Shown: positions 41,731-52,494 of the stretch, piece by piece
How positions within the stretch are numbered: position 1 is the stretch's first letter
Layout: every line of letters starts with the position of its first letter
Assembly: GCA_963701095.1 (NCBI GenBank)
Contig: OY969564.1
Span: forward strand, 1,408,001-1,472,000
Direction of reading: 5' to 3'
DNA: 64,000 nucleotides
Source: an uncultured Methanoregulaceae archaeon
GTDB taxonomy: Archaea > Halobacteriota > Methanomicrobia > Methanomicrobiales > Methanospirillaceae
The notes under the pieces: generated by a model
Told to the model about the DNA's origin: nothing
What the model saw: the letters and a program-made list of their open reading frames with translations, nothing else
Databases searched by the model: none
Position numbers and translations under genes: made by a program

Positions 41731-42851
41731 CATTTTTCTGTTGGGAATCTATGTATGCGGAGCGGGTCGGGGGCCTTGCCAATGCCGCTACTAACCTTGC
41801 CGAGACCCTTGCAAAAGACCATGAAGTCCACTTTTTCACCCGTGGGTGGGTGCAGGACCAGGTTATCAATGACGTTTCGTATCACTACTGCCGGCCACAG
41901 GGCAATAATACCGTACAGTACTGCGAAGACATGAGTAATCAGATGGTGGAGCAGTTCTGCCAGGCTGACCAGAAAAAAAGGTTCGATATTCTCCACTTCC
42001 ACGACTGGCACCCGATACAGGCACTGCACAGATTGAAGGATCGGGAAACTATCCTTACATTCCATTCCACGGAATTTGGCAGGAACGGAAACCAATACGG
42101 GGATTGGTGGGAGTACAGGGAGATCTCCGGGAAAGAATGGTACGGGGGTCTGATTGCAAAGAGAGTTACCGCGGTTTCGACTGTCATGAAAAACGAAGTG
42201 ATGAGATTGTATAATATCCCGGATTGGAAATGCGACGTAGTGCCAAATGGTATTGTACCCCGACAGTATCATGCAAATATTGATCCCGGCGAGGTTAAAC
42301 AAAGATACGGGATTCATCCCTATGCTCCCCTGATCCTCTTTATCGGTAGACTCGTGTATCAGAAAGGTCCCGATCTTTTTATCGATGCATTACGGACAGT
42401 ATGCCGAGATCGATGGGATGCGAAAGTAATAGTAGCCGGTGATGGGGGGATGAGACAGTTCCTCCAGGAACGCGCACGGGATCTCCCGGTCAATTTTGTC
42501 GGATATATCCCGGACTCTGAATACATTCGTCTCCTCAACGCGTGCGACCTTGTAGTTATACCCAGCAGAAACGAACCCTTCGGTCTTGTTCTTTTGGAAG
42601 CATGGAGTGCGGAGAAACCCGTTGTTGCCTGTGATGTCGGGGGGCTTTCTGAGAATATAGATGCGTTCGTAAACGGTATCAAGGTGCAAACAGACCCCGG
42701 ATCGCTTGCATGGGGAATTAATACTTTAATTGGTGACCCCACAAATGCAGAGGTACTTGGACGGAGAGGACGAGCAAAAGTGGACCGACAATTCCTATGG
42801 AGCCCGATAGCAAACCGGATGGAAGGTACCTACTCGCAGGTGTGCAGTTAA
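41712..42851 (+). CDS. Glycosyltransferase family 4 (glycogen synthase-like)
   Basis: VGGL, HFHDW, GRLVYQKG, PSRNEPFGLVLLEAW. Confidence 0.88.
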   Translation: MESLSVAFFCWESMYAERVGGLANAATNLAETLAKDHEVHFFTRGWVQDQVINDVSYHYCRPQGNNTVQYCEDMSNQMVEQFCQADQKKRFDILHFHDWHPIQALHRLKDRETILTFHSTEFGRNGNQYGDWWEYREISGKEWYGGLIAKRVTAVSTVMKNEVMRLYNIPDWKCDVVPNGIVPRQYHANIDPGEVKQRYGIHPYAPLILFIGRLVYQKGPDLFIDALRTVCRDRWDAKVIVAGDGGMRQFLQERARDLPVNFVGYIPDSEYIRLLNACDLVVIPSRNEPFGLVLLEAWSAEKPVVACDVGGLSENIDAFVNGIKVQTDPGSLAWGINTLIGDPTNAEVLGRRGRAKVDRQFLWSPIANRMEGTYSQVCS

Positions 42852-42903
42852 TCTACGGCTGTGCGTAATTATGGTCTTGCTGAGTCACAACCAGGAAAAA
42901 AAC

Positions 42904-43347
42904 ATGCCCCTGCCATGGGATTTCCGCAGGGGAATCAGACAGTTATCCGACGATGTCTTATCCTTGGGGATCGATAATTACCTGGTATCTGAACAGTTTG
43001 CAGCGTTTTGCAGGAACCATGGGATCTATGAAATCTGGACCGGGATACGGGGGCTTTCCCGGGATAAACCGGAGTTATACGGCAGGGATGTTCTAGATAA
43101 TGCGTTTTTTTTGCTGTTACAGCACATTTACCGTGCAAGAAATGCTGAATTTTTAGGATTTCTTACTGATCTTCTGGCAGACTATTCCGGGGTCCCTCTA
43201 AATCCCTCATTTTTCCTCGCGATTCAGAATGATTTGATTATTCTTGGATATTCACGGAAAGATGCGGAAACCCACTTTTCATCATGGAGAAAAAGACGAG
43301 GAGATCTGAGGTCAGACACGGTCCAGGATGTTTCCCGGGTTTCTTAA
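42904..43347 (+). CDS. Hypothetical protein
   Basis: 147-aa ORF in operon orientation. Confidence 0.55.
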   Translation: MPLPWDFRRGIRQLSDDVLSLGIDNYLVSEQFAAFCRNHGIYEIWTGIRGLSRDKPELYGRDVLDNAFFLLLQHIYRARNAEFLGFLTDLLADYSGVPLNPSFFLAIQNDLIILGYSRKDAETHFSSWRKRRGDLRSDTVQDVSRVS

Positions 43348-43367
43348 AAAAATCCCTTGTGTACTTA

Positions 43368-43418
43368 CTTTTCAAATTTTGTTTCAAAATCTGGTTTTTA
43401 AGAGAGATCCTTTTATAT
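43368..43418 (+). promoter_or_regulatory. Conserved stress-promoter element, copy 3 (grpE-dnaK-dnaJ)
   Basis: CTTTTCAAATTT TGTTTCAAAATC TGGTTTTTAA GAGAGATCC TTTTATAT. Confidence 0.72.
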
Positions 43419-43720
43419 TTACTATTTAATTCACTCGCGGGTGAGATCAATTCCCATATTTGAAGCTTCAGGAGGAGGATACATCCCAAGAGAAACTATA
43501 GACAAAAACTGGGGTAATTTGTGTAAAGGGAAGGGAAGCGTACAGAAATTCCCTTTCACGGTAATGTCCCCGAGTGGGGTTTCCTGCCCGGGGGACAGAC
43601 TGTAGCCGGTGTAATTCCGAGAACTGCATATATTCCGATTTTGTCCGTCACTACTGGATCCACCCCCGGTTTGACTGAAAAGCCTGTAACTGGAATCTCA
43701 GGGGTAAAAGAGGTAATTTC

Positions 43721-44209
43721 ATGGATGAGATCGGGCAGCTGAAAACGGAACTCGAGGAAAAGACAAAACTATCCGAGGACCGACTGGAACGGTTGAGATA
43801 CCTCCAGGCAGAGTTTGATAATTATCGCAAATGGCAGGAAAAGGAGAAAGCAGCAATCATCGCACTTGCCAACGAGACCCTGATAAAAGATCTCCTCGTT
43901 GTTTTCGATGATCTCGAACGGGCGCTGCCGTCACTTACCCACGAAAAGAACAAAGCAGGCATCGAAATGATCTACAAGAATTTCAACAAAATCCTTTGTG
44001 CCTATGGCTTGCAACCGATACCCTGCCTTGGAAAAAAATTCGATCCGCAGTTCCATGAAGTCCTGTGCACCGAGAAGTGCGGGAAAGAACAGAACACCGT
44101 ACTTGAGGAGCTGGAAAAAGGGTATCAGCTGAAGTCCAAAGTGATCAGGCCATCGAAGGTAAAGATAGCAGAACATGTAATGGAAGAAACGGGTGAAAAC
44201 AATGGCTAA
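43721..44209 (+). CDS. grpE: Nucleotide exchange factor GrpE
   Basis: [36 protein letters not shown]. Confidence 0.95.
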   Translation: MDEIGQLKTELEEKTKLSEDRLERLRYLQAEFDNYRKWQEKEKAAIIALANETLIKDLLVVFDDLERALPSLTHEKNKAGIEMIYKNFNKILCAYGLQPIPCLGKKFDPQFHEVLCTEKCGKEQNTVLEELEKGYQLKSKVIRPSKVKIAEHVMEETGENNG

Positions 44210-46082
44210 GGAAAAAATAATCGGAATCGACCTCGGAACGTCCAACAGCGAAGCGGCAGTAATCATCGGCGGAAAACCCACGATCATCCCGTCTGCAGAA
44301 GGTGCAACCGTAGCCGGAAAGATGTTTCCCTCGTATGTAGCGTTTACCGCAGACGGCCAGCTTCTCGTAGGCGAACCGGCACGGAGGCAGGCCGTGAGCA
44401 ACCCTGAAGGAACAATCTCGGCGGCAAAACGCAAAATTGGTACAAACCATGTGTACAAAATTTACGGGAAAGAGTATACACCCCAGCAGATCTCGGCATT
44501 CATCCTGCAGAAGATAAAAAGAGATGCAGAAGCGTTCCTCGGAGAGAAGGTAACAAAGGCAGTCATTACCGTGCCTGCGTACTTCAACGACAACCAGCGT
44601 ACTGCAACAAAGGACGCCGGCAAGATCGCAGGACTCGACGTTGTCCGGTTAGTCAACGAACCCACGGCAGCGTCGATGGCGTACGGGCTCGACAAAGGCG
44701 GCGAGTACAAGATCCTCGTCTTCGATCTCGGCGGCGGTACCCTTGATGTCACCATCATGGAGTTCGGCGGCGGCACGTTCACGGTCCTTTCAACGTCCGG
44801 GGACACCCAGCTGGGCGGAACCGATATGGACACTGCGATCTACGAATGGATTGCAGCCGAGTTCAAGAAACAGGAAGGCATTGATTTACGCAACGACAAG
44901 ATGGCGATCAACCGGGTAAAAGAAGCCGCCGAGAAAGCAAAAATTGAGCTCTCCACGGTACTGGAAACCGAGATCAACCTGCCGTATGTCTCGGCAACCC
45001 AGGCAGGTCCCAAACACCTGTCAATGAAACTGTCGAGGGCAAAACTCGAACAGCTCGTCGAACCGATCATCCAGCGGTGTTCCAAACCGTTCGACCAGGC
45101 ATTAAAAGACGCGAAACTCTCCAAAGACGATATCCAGAAAGTGATCCTCGTCGGCGGACCGACCCGGATGCCGATCGTCCAGAAATTTATTGAAAACCAC
45201 GTGGGCGACAAGATGGTCCGGGGGATCGACCCGATGGAATGTGTAGCCATGGGTGCAGCAATCCAGGGCGGTATCCTCGGCGGCGAGATCACGGATATGG
45301 TGCTCCTTGACGTTACGCCGCTTACGTTAGGCCTCGAAACACTCGGGGGTGTCAGGACCGCCCTGATCGACCGGAACACCACGATCCCGACCAAGAAAAG
45401 CCAGATATTCTCAACCGCTGCAGATATGCAACCGTCGGTGACGATCCATGTGCTCCAGGGAGAACGGGCGATGGCTGCCGATAACGTCAGCCTCGGCCAG
45501 TTCAATCTCGTCGGTATCCCGCCGGCGCCGCGGGGAATCCCCCAGATCGAGGTTACCTTCGATATCGATGCATCCGGTATCATCAACGTTTCGGCAAAAG
45601 ACCTGGGCACCGGAAAAGAGCAGAAGATGACTATCACAGCGTCGTCAAAACTCTCGGATGCTGACGTGAAAAAGATGGTATCCGATGCCAAGGAATTCGA
45701 GGAGCAGGACAAGACACGAAAAGAGGAGATCGAGTCGCGCAATATCGCCGATTCTCTTGTCTACACCGCAGAGAAAACAAAAACCGACCTTGCCGACAAA
45801 CTGGACGCAGCCATGGTTGACCGGCTGAATGCGGCGATCACCAGTGTCAAGGCCGCACTCGACGGGAAAGATGTTACGACGATCCGGTCAGAGACGGAAA
45901 AACTCCAGAAAGTCCTGGGAGAAGCCGGGACTGCCGCATACCAGCATGTAAGCCAGCAGGCACAGCAACAGGCAGGAGGATCCCAGGAAGCACCTCCGGG
46001 TGCAGGATCGGCCGGCACTGCCACCGGTCCCAACGGTGAGAACGTGGTCGACGCTGATTTCAAAGTCAAGGATGACAATTAA
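44202..46082 (+). CDS. dnaK: Chaperone DnaK (Hsp70)
   Basis: [44 protein letters not shown]. Confidence 0.98.
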   Translation: MAKEKIIGIDLGTSNSEAAVIIGGKPTIIPSAEGATVAGKMFPSYVAFTADGQLLVGEPARRQAVSNPEGTISAAKRKIGTNHVYKIYGKEYTPQQISAFILQKIKRDAEAFLGEKVTKAVITVPAYFNDNQRTATKDAGKIAGLDVVRLVNEPTAASMAYGLDKGGEYKILVFDLGGGTLDVTIMEFGGGTFTVLSTSGDTQLGGTDMDTAIYEWIAAEFKKQEGIDLRNDKMAINRVKEAAEKAKIELSTVLETEINLPYVSATQAGPKHLSMKLSRAKLEQLVEPIIQRCSKPFDQALKDAKLSKDDIQKVILVGGPTRMPIVQKFIENHVGDKMVRGIDPMECVAMGAAIQGGILGGEITDMVLLDVTPLTLGLETLGGVRTALIDRNTTIPTKKSQIFSTAADMQPSVTIHVLQGERAMAADNVSLGQFNLVGIPPAPRGIPQIEVTFDIDASGIINVSAKDLGTGKEQKMTITASSKLSDADVKKMVSDAKEFEEQDKTRKEEIESRNIADSLVYTAEKTKTDLADKLDAAMVDRLNAAITSVKAALDGKDVTTIRSETEKLQKVLGEAGTAAYQHVSQQAQQQAGGSQEAPPGAGSAGTATGPNGENVVDADFKVKDDN

Positions 46083-46096
46083 TACAAATTTTTCAC

Positions 46097-47170
46097 ATGA
46101 ACATGGCGAAACCGGATTATTATGAGGTACTTGGCGTAAAACGGGATGCTACAGCGGACGATCTCAAGAAAGCGTTCCGGCACCTTGCACGGAAATACCA
46201 TCCTGACCTCAACAAAGGCAGTAAGGACGCAGAAGAAAAGTTCAAGGAAATCAATGAAGCGTACCAGGTCCTCGGAGACCCCCAGAAAAAAAACCAGTAC
46301 GACCAGGTAGGCCATGTGGATTTCAAACCCGGGGATGCGGCCGGTTACCAACCTCCCAGTTATGACGACCTGTTCCGGGACTTCGGGCTTGGCGATATAT
46401 TCGATGCGTACTCGATGGGGTCCCGGGGATCCAGAAGGCGGGCCGGCGCGGATCTCCGGTATGATCTTGATATTTCCCTTACCGATGCATTCTACGGGTC
46501 CAAAAATACGGTTGCCGTCCCGCACCAGTCAGAATGCGGCACCTGTCACGGGACCGGCGCACAGCCGGGGTATCTCAAACAATGCCCGACCTGTCACGGA
46601 ACGGGCGAGATCAGGACGCCCCAGAAAATCCGTAACCGCCAGGTAATAAGTCTCTCGACCTGCCCGGAATGCGGGGGGAGTGGCAGGATTATCGAACAAC
46701 CCTGCCAGACCTGTCACGGCACCGGCGTCCTGCAGAAAACCCGGAAGATTGAGGTTACGATCCCCCGCGGTGTTGAAGACGGACAGCTCCTCAGAATTGC
46801 GGGCGAAGGTGAACCCGGGGAAAACCAGGGGCCGCCGGGTGACCTCTACGCGGTCGTTCACGTGAAAAATGATGCGGTATTCGAACGACAGGGCGCGGAT
46901 CTCCGCACAACCGCGGTTGTCGGGTTACCGGTCGCACTCCTGGGAGGAGAGATCAACGTGCCTACCATAACCGGAAGTGCCCTCCTGAAAATCCCCCGGG
47001 GGACACAAAGCAATACCCTGTTCCGGCTCCGCCTGCTGGGTATGCCGCTCCGCAATTCCGACAACCGGGGCGATCTCCTGGTAAAGGTCATAGTCCAGAT
47101 TCCTACAAACCTCACAAAAAAACAGGAGGATCTGATGAGAGAGGCGTTCGCGGGTGGGTCGGCCATATAA
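46097..47170 (+). CDS. dnaJ: Chaperone DnaJ
   Basis: J domain with HPD; four CxxCxGxG repeats. Confidence 0.96.
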   Translation: MNMAKPDYYEVLGVKRDATADDLKKAFRHLARKYHPDLNKGSKDAEEKFKEINEAYQVLGDPQKKNQYDQVGHVDFKPGDAAGYQPPSYDDLFRDFGLGDIFDAYSMGSRGSRRRAGADLRYDLDISLTDAFYGSKNTVAVPHQSECGTCHGTGAQPGYLKQCPTCHGTGEIRTPQKIRNRQVISLSTCPECGGSGRIIEQPCQTCHGTGVLQKTRKIEVTIPRGVEDGQLLRIAGEGEPGENQGPPGDLYAVVHVKNDAVFERQGADLRTTAVVGLPVALLGGEINVPTITGSALLKIPRGTQSNTLFRLRLLGMPLRNSDNRGDLLVKVIVQIPTNLTKKQEDLMREAFAGGSAI

Positions 47171-47251
47171 ATGGAGCCATGGATGCCACGTGAAGCACAG
47201 TTGCCACCGGGTTATCCGGATGGGCATGAAATCAACGATAAAGGAGGAAAA

Positions 47252-47446
47252 ATGCAGCAGATTGAAAGCAGTAAAAAATACCAGAACGGTATTCAGGTAT
47301 TTTGGCCAAGTCCAGAAAATGACGGCAAGGATTTTTTCACATTTGACGAACTCATTGAACAGAGAATCAATGCACTCGATCTTCTTAACAATCCGGAAAT
47401 CTACCTGATTGATCCGGATCTACATACGATTAAATCATCGGCCTAA
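47252..47446 (+). CDS. Small hypothetical protein
   Basis: GGAGG SD before ATG 47252; 64 aa. Confidence 0.55.
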   Translation: MQQIESSKKYQNGIQVFWPSPENDGKDFFTFDELIEQRINALDLLNNPEIYLIDPDLHTIKSSA

Positions 47447-47514
47447 AATTTCAGAGGATACATGAACCATGAACCAAGAAAAAATTCCTTTTGGAGATAT
47501 GAAACAGTACCCTG

Positions 47515-47757
47515 ATGAACAAGTACCGGAAAAACCTGATTGATAAACTCACCCGGCAGGATCTCGATGAGTTCCAGTTTTACATTCATAACCAGTACAA
47601 CCCAGGACGCGGCTGGAATCGCGATTTCCGGTTAAAATTCGAACAAAAACTAAGACATTATTTTCATGAAGAGATTATTCGTCGTGAGATCTCCGGAATT
47701 GAGGCTATTCTGAATATGCTAAAGCCCGAAGATTTAAATAATGAATCCAATCGCTGA
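47515..47757 (+). CDS. Small hypothetical protein
   Basis: 80-aa ORF on the operon strand. Confidence 0.5.
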   Translation: MNKYRKNLIDKLTRQDLDEFQFYIHNQYNPGRGWNRDFRLKFEQKLRHYFHEEIIRREISGIEAILNMLKPEDLNNESNR

Positions 47758-47801
47758 TATCACTAAGTTACCCTTCTTTTTTTGGATTAACCGGGCCTTC
47801 T

Positions 47802-47852
47802 TCTTACAATAAATGTTTCAAAAATTGAGTTCTCCAATTAATTTGATAAAAT
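47802..47852 (+). promoter_or_regulatory. Partial stress-promoter element, copy 4 (hsp20)
   Basis: TCTTACAATAAA TGTTTCAAAAAT TGAGTTCTCC AATTAATTT GATAAAAT; one good box, upstream flank resembles copy 1. Confidence 0.55.
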
Positions 47853-47959
47853 ATCACAAAATAATATCCCACGCGGTGAAGAGCTGAGTCTCCCGGTAAC
47901 TTGTCAGGAAGACCTTGGTCCTTTACCGTTGAACTCTCGTAAAAGCGGGGGTGAACACA

Positions 47960-48439
47960 GTGGTCCGATGGTATTACCGATCAGTATTTGATGAGATTGA
48001 AGACATGCGGAAGTACATGGAGTCTTTATCTCGGCAGCTGCACGAGACCAACCCGATGGCATTGTTACCTGCAACCGGGGAGGCGAGAACAAAAATGCTT
48101 CCTGAACAGCCTACTGACTTGCTTGTCGATGTGACTGAGAAAGATGACGAGGTCATTGTGACCGCAGATATGATTCCCGGTGTGGCGAAAAAGGATATTT
48201 CGCTTAATCTTATCACACCCCACTCTCTTAAGATTTCCTGTGAACGCAAGGAGGAAAAGAAGGAGGAGAGGGAAGGGTACTATCTGCGAGAACGCAGTTT
48301 TGGATCGATGACGAGGATAGTTCCCCTCCCAAAACCGGTGACAGAAAATACGGCTTCTGCAACGTTCAAGAATGGCGTTTTGGAGGTACATCTCAAGAAA
48401 GTCGAAAAAGATTCCGGGGGGAAAATTTCCATTGAATAG
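47960..48439 (+). CDS. Hsp20/alpha-crystallin small heat-shock protein
   Basis: VDVTE..ADMIPGV.K.DI, ERSFG...R...LP, ATFKNGVLEV; GTG 47960 follows a GGGGTGA SD. Confidence 0.93.
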   Translation: MVRWYYRSVFDEIEDMRKYMESLSRQLHETNPMALLPATGEARTKMLPEQPTDLLVDVTEKDDEVIVTADMIPGVAKKDISLNLITPHSLKISCERKEEKKEEREGYYLRERSFGSMTRIVPLPKPVTENTASATFKNGVLEVHLKKVEKDSGGKISIE

Positions 48440-48458
48440 ACAAGAGGAGGGAGAGATA

Positions 48459-48770
48459 ATGGACAAATTCGATGAAGCGATGAAATCATTCGCAGGGATG
48501 TCACCTGTTCAGATGACTGAGGCTATGGGAAAATTTAAAAAAATGTGTACCTGCCCCTCATGCCCGACATACACGCTATGCGCAAAAAATGCACAGGAAC
48601 TTCTTTTCTGTGCGATAGGTAGGAGTTTTGTCTGTATTTCCCAGGAAAAGAACTGTATCTGCCCAACCTGCCCGATAACAGACCAGATTGGGCTCAAAAA
48701 CCGGTTCTATTGTACGAAGGGGTCCGAGATGACACAACGTTATGCAGGAGGCCTCTTTGGAAAAAAGTGA
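48459..48770 (+). CDS. DUF2769-like Cys-rich protein
   Basis: CTCPSCPTY..C..LFC..G.S..CI..CICPTCP..YC..G. Confidence 0.75.
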   Translation: MDKFDEAMKSFAGMSPVQMTEAMGKFKKMCTCPSCPTYTLCAKNAQELLFCAIGRSFVCISQEKNCICPTCPITDQIGLKNRFYCTKGSEMTQRYAGGLFGKK

Positions 48771-48858
48771 GTTATAATAAAGCCACGAAATGTAATTATT
48801 TGCTCAGGAAAAATAGTATTTTTTTTAATCGAATTCTTAACAAATATATACAGGATAT

Positions 48859-49944
48859 CTAGGTTTTCATTGATGGGTAATCTGTGTACCCCTTTTCTTC
48901 CCCGGTATAATACGTTGCGAGATCTTCTTTGTTTAGTGGTGCATTTTTCCTGAATCTCTCAGGGAGATCCGGGTTGGCGAGGAAAAGGACACCGAACGCA
49001 ATCAGGTCTGCTAAACCACTCTCTATTGCTTCGTTAGCGATCTGGGCATCGTATCCGCCGTTTAAAATAAGGGTTCCTTCGAATTTTTTTCGGATGAGCG
49101 GTGCCATCTGCATCTCCGGGGATATTACTCCAAGTCTTCCACCTATCGGTTCCACGAGATGGATATAGCCAATTCTCATCCTTCCCAGTTCCTGTGCAAG
49201 ATAAGCAAATGTCTCCCGGGGGTTCGAATCAGACATGGCATGATTTGAAAAATGAGGCGAGATCCGGTAACCAACTTTTTTCGGGCCCCAAACCCGGGCT
49301 ACTTCTTCTGCAACAGCAAGAGGAAAACGTGCGCGGTTTTTTACGGGTCCACCATATTTGTCAGTCCTTTGATTCGAACCATCTCTTATGAATTGATCAA
49401 GCAGGTAACCATTTGCACCGTGTATTTCAACACCATCAAAACCGGCGTCCTTTGCATTTTTCGCGCCATTACGGAACTGCCGCACAATCGTTAGAATTTC
49501 TTTTTGTTCAAGCGCCCGGGGAACCGGTATTTTTTTCTTTCCGGACGGAGTGTGAATCTCCTCATTAACCGGAATGGCTGAAGGTGCTACCGGAAGCTCT
49601 CCCCCCAGATAATCAGGATGAGACATACGCCCTACATGCCAGAGCTGGAGAAAGATCTTCCCCCCTGTGCGATGAACGGCATGTGTTACATTTTTCCAAC
49701 CTGAAACCTGTTCTTTTGAATAAATGCCGGGGGTCCGGTAAAAACCTACGCCCTGCGGACTTACCTGCGAACCTTCTGATATAATAAGGCCTGCAGAGGA
49801 TCTTTGTTCATAATACCTGGCTGCCAAAGGGCCAGGCACACTGTTTTCACCCGCACGACACCGGGTCATGGGTGCCATGACCATCCGGTTCGAGAACGTG
49901 AGATCATCCAACTTATAGGGTGACAGAAGGCTCTCTGGTTCCAT
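48859..49944 (-). CDS. Old yellow enzyme / NemA-like alkene reductase
   Basis: MAPMTR, QLWHVGR, EIHGANGYLLDQF, ANPDLP.R, GYTDYP. Confidence 0.93.
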   Translation of the reverse strand: MEPESLLSPYKLDDLTFSNRMVMAPMTRCRAGENSVPGPLAARYYEQRSSAGLIISEGSQVSPQGVGFYRTPGIYSKEQVSGWKNVTHAVHRTGGKIFLQLWHVGRMSHPDYLGGELPVAPSAIPVNEEIHTPSGKKKIPVPRALEQKEILTIVRQFRNGAKNAKDAGFDGVEIHGANGYLLDQFIRDGSNQRTDKYGGPVKNRARFPLAVAEEVARVWGPKKVGYRISPHFSNHAMSDSNPRETFAYLAQELGRMRIGYIHLVEPIGGRLGVISPEMQMAPLIRKKFEGTLILNGGYDAQIANEAIESGLADLIAFGVLFLANPDLPERFRKNAPLNKEDLATYYTGEEKGYTDYPSMKT

Positions 49945-49963
49945 TCAATACCACCAATTTCCG

Positions 49964-50849
49964 TTAATAGCCCCCGTAAGATACTATGGATTGAGTTGGG
50001 ACAGGAGTTATTGGTGTAGGAGTCGGGGAAGGAACTGTCGGAACCGTGCCAGTGATATTTGCCACGTACCAGAGATTGTTGAACCCTTCACCATTTGTAT
50101 CGCCGGGTTTTACATCGTTAGAGTAGTAATACAACGGTCTCCCCATGAAGGTGGTCTGTTTTGTTCCGTCTGTTCTTGTAATAGTACCTGAAATCAGCCG
50201 GATTAAGAGCCGAGGGAGCGCTGATTACGCCAGGATCGAATGGAGGCCATTTATCCGTGCATGCCCCTGTACAGGAGCTTGCGCCCGGGGTATCTTTTGC
50301 AAAATAATACAAGGTATTACCCATCTTGTCAACGAGGAAAAATCCAAGCGAGCTGCGCTCTGCTATCATCACAGTTTCATCCGGTTTGACAACAAACCAG
50401 TTGTGGGTCACGTTCTCACCGTAGACATCCCCGGGGTTACTATCGGCCTGGAAATAATAAAGCGGCCAACCCCGGTAGGTTGTCTGTTTCGTACCGTCAG
50501 TACGAACGAATGACGAAAAGTCAGATGCCACAAGCGGAGGGGAAACTGCGATTGTGTCAGTTGAAAAGACCGGCCAGATAGCGGCACACGAACCACTGCA
50601 CACACTTGTGCCGCTTGAAGGTATATCAAGGGCGAAATAATACAAGGATTTTCCCTGTGAATCTACAAGGATATTTCCGAGCGAAGTCGAAGCAACTTTG
50701 ATCGTATCAGAAGACATTGTTGCCATTGCTGTTGTCTGCTGTGCCGTCGGCTGTACTGCCGTAGGGGAGATCTGGTTTTGAGTACACCCAGAAACAAGGA
50801 GTGCTAATACCAATACCACAAGGACTGTAATCCCAAACCATTTTTTCAT
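49964..50849 (-). CDS. COG4315-type lipoprotein with repeated GxPLYY units; 1-nt insertion at ~50187
   Basis: VSGC lipobox; two C..C...WP..R.DG.KQ.T..G.PLYY..D..PGD..G units. Confidence 0.8.
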
Positions 50850-50979
50850 ACAACCACACCACTGCAGTGGCTTTCTTCATTCAAACATCAGATAATTGTT
50901 CTGGCAATTTCCAAATTATAGAACACTATTTGAGAGACATATGGATTGCCGGTCACTCCGATCTCTTCCCGGGGCAGAT

Positions 50980-52371
50980 TTAACAACCGTGACAATTACC
51001 TCTGAGTTCCCGGAGACCACGGGCACATACAGCGATCGCCTCTGTTGCAGTAGGGAAAATATGCGGAGTTACTGAAAGATCATCAGCTGTCAGGTACCTT
51101 ATCACAGCAATAACGCCTTCCTGGATCATCTCCGTGGCCAGAGGAGCGCAGATATGAACCCCCAGGATTCGCCCGTTTGCCTGGTCAGCGACCATCTTTA
51201 CCATGCCTCGCGTATCTCCATCAATGGAAAATTTCGCCATGGATTCTGTCCTGATACTGTATGATACCGGGTGCAGACCGGCTTTACGAGCTTTTTCCTC
51301 GGTCATTCCCACACTCGCAACCTGCGGCGTAGTAAAGATCCCGTGGGGGAGAAGTGCGCTGTTATAGGATCGTTTCAGTTCCCGCAAAGCATTTGTTGCA
51401 GCGATCTCGCCACCGTACTTTGCTGCGGTTTCAAGCATTGGTTCGCCGGTCACGTCTCCCGCTGCCCAGATATGCGGAGCTGATGTTTTCAGGGTCGTAT
51501 CAACAATAATGGCCCCGTCTTTTCTCGTTTCTATCCCCGCAGCAGCAAGGTTAAGTTGGCCGGTATTCGGCAAACGGCCGGTTGCCATGAGAAGACGATC
51601 GGACAGAATAGTCTTCTTTTCATTCCCGATATTGACATGGACAGCGACAGATTCTCCCAAACGTTCAACGCTTTTGATTTCTACACCAGTAAAAATAGTA
51701 ATTCCCTCTTGGATGAGATATCCGGTCATCAAATCGGAAATTTCCGGATCTTCCTCAGGAATAATCCGGGAGCTTCTCTGAAGGAGGGTAACCCGGGTTC
51801 CCAGATGGGCGAACATCTGGGCGAATTCAAGACCAAGTGCCCTTCCCCCAATGATAGTAAGCGAGGAAGGTATTTGTTCCAATCTTGTGGCATCCAGACT
51901 TGTCATGAACCGAACTGATCCGATACCTTCAATGGCAGGTATTGCCGGAGAAGAGCCGGTTGCAATAACAAATCTTTTCGCGGTGACTTTTTTGTCACCA
52001 ACCTGCAGAAGGTTTGGAGAAAGAAACTTTGCTTCGCCTTCAATAAGCTCCACGCCAAGGCGGGTGAAAAGATTATCATGCTTTTTTTTCTTCAGGCTTT
52101 CCTGAAGCGAATTTTTCTCAATAAGTGCCTGATTAAGATCAAACCTGATTTCTGCCTGGACGCCGGGGTGACCATGTCCCGGGTAGAATTTGTAACTGGA
52201 AAGAGACAGGAGAAATTTGCTGGGGATACAGCCGGTATTGACACAGGTTCCCCATAGCGTGCCACGTTCTATAATAGCGACGCGAGACGCACCGAGATGT
52301 ACCGCTGTTGTAGCCGCTGCTACACCGGCAGCACCGGTTCCGATAATTACCACATCATACTCAGCGGCCAT
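50980..52371 (-). CDS. Mercuric reductase-like flavin disulfide reductase
   Basis: GTCVNTGCIPSK, IATGS, WAAGDV, FTTPQVASVG, HIFPT; C-terminal CHGC. Confidence 0.8.
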   Translation of the reverse strand: MAAEYDVVIIGTGAAGVAAATTAVHLGASRVAIIERGTLWGTCVNTGCIPSKFLLSLSSYKFYPGHGHPGVQAEIRFDLNQALIEKNSLQESLKKKKHDNLFTRLGVELIEGEAKFLSPNLLQVGDKKVTAKRFVIATGSSPAIPAIEGIGSVRFMTSLDATRLEQIPSSLTIIGGRALGLEFAQMFAHLGTRVTLLQRSSRIIPEEDPEISDLMTGYLIQEGITIFTGVEIKSVERLGESVAVHVNIGNEKKTILSDRLLMATGRLPNTGQLNLAAAGIETRKDGAIIVDTTLKTSAPHIWAAGDVTGEPMLETAAKYGGEIAATNALRELKRSYNSALLPHGIFTTPQVASVGMTEEKARKAGLHPVSYSIRTESMAKFSIDGDTRGMVKMVADQANGRILGVHICAPLATEMIQEGVIAVIRYLTADDLSVTPHIFPTATEAIAVCARGLRELRGNCHGC

Positions 52372-52494
52372 ATATAAGCCCCTCTCTTTTTAGATGGGAT
52401 TCCAGCGTTGATACCGGTGCGGAACGCTATCTAAAAAATTTTTTTCTTTTCATTATCCAGACATATCGCAAATGGGCATGTTTCACGGAGGTTT

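Noticed and set aside
50890..50937. Degenerate match to the stress motif upstream of the COG4315 lipoprotein (minus: TCTCTCAAATAG TGTTCTATAATT TGG..)
   Set aside because: Too many mismatches to call by eye; it needs a PWM score.
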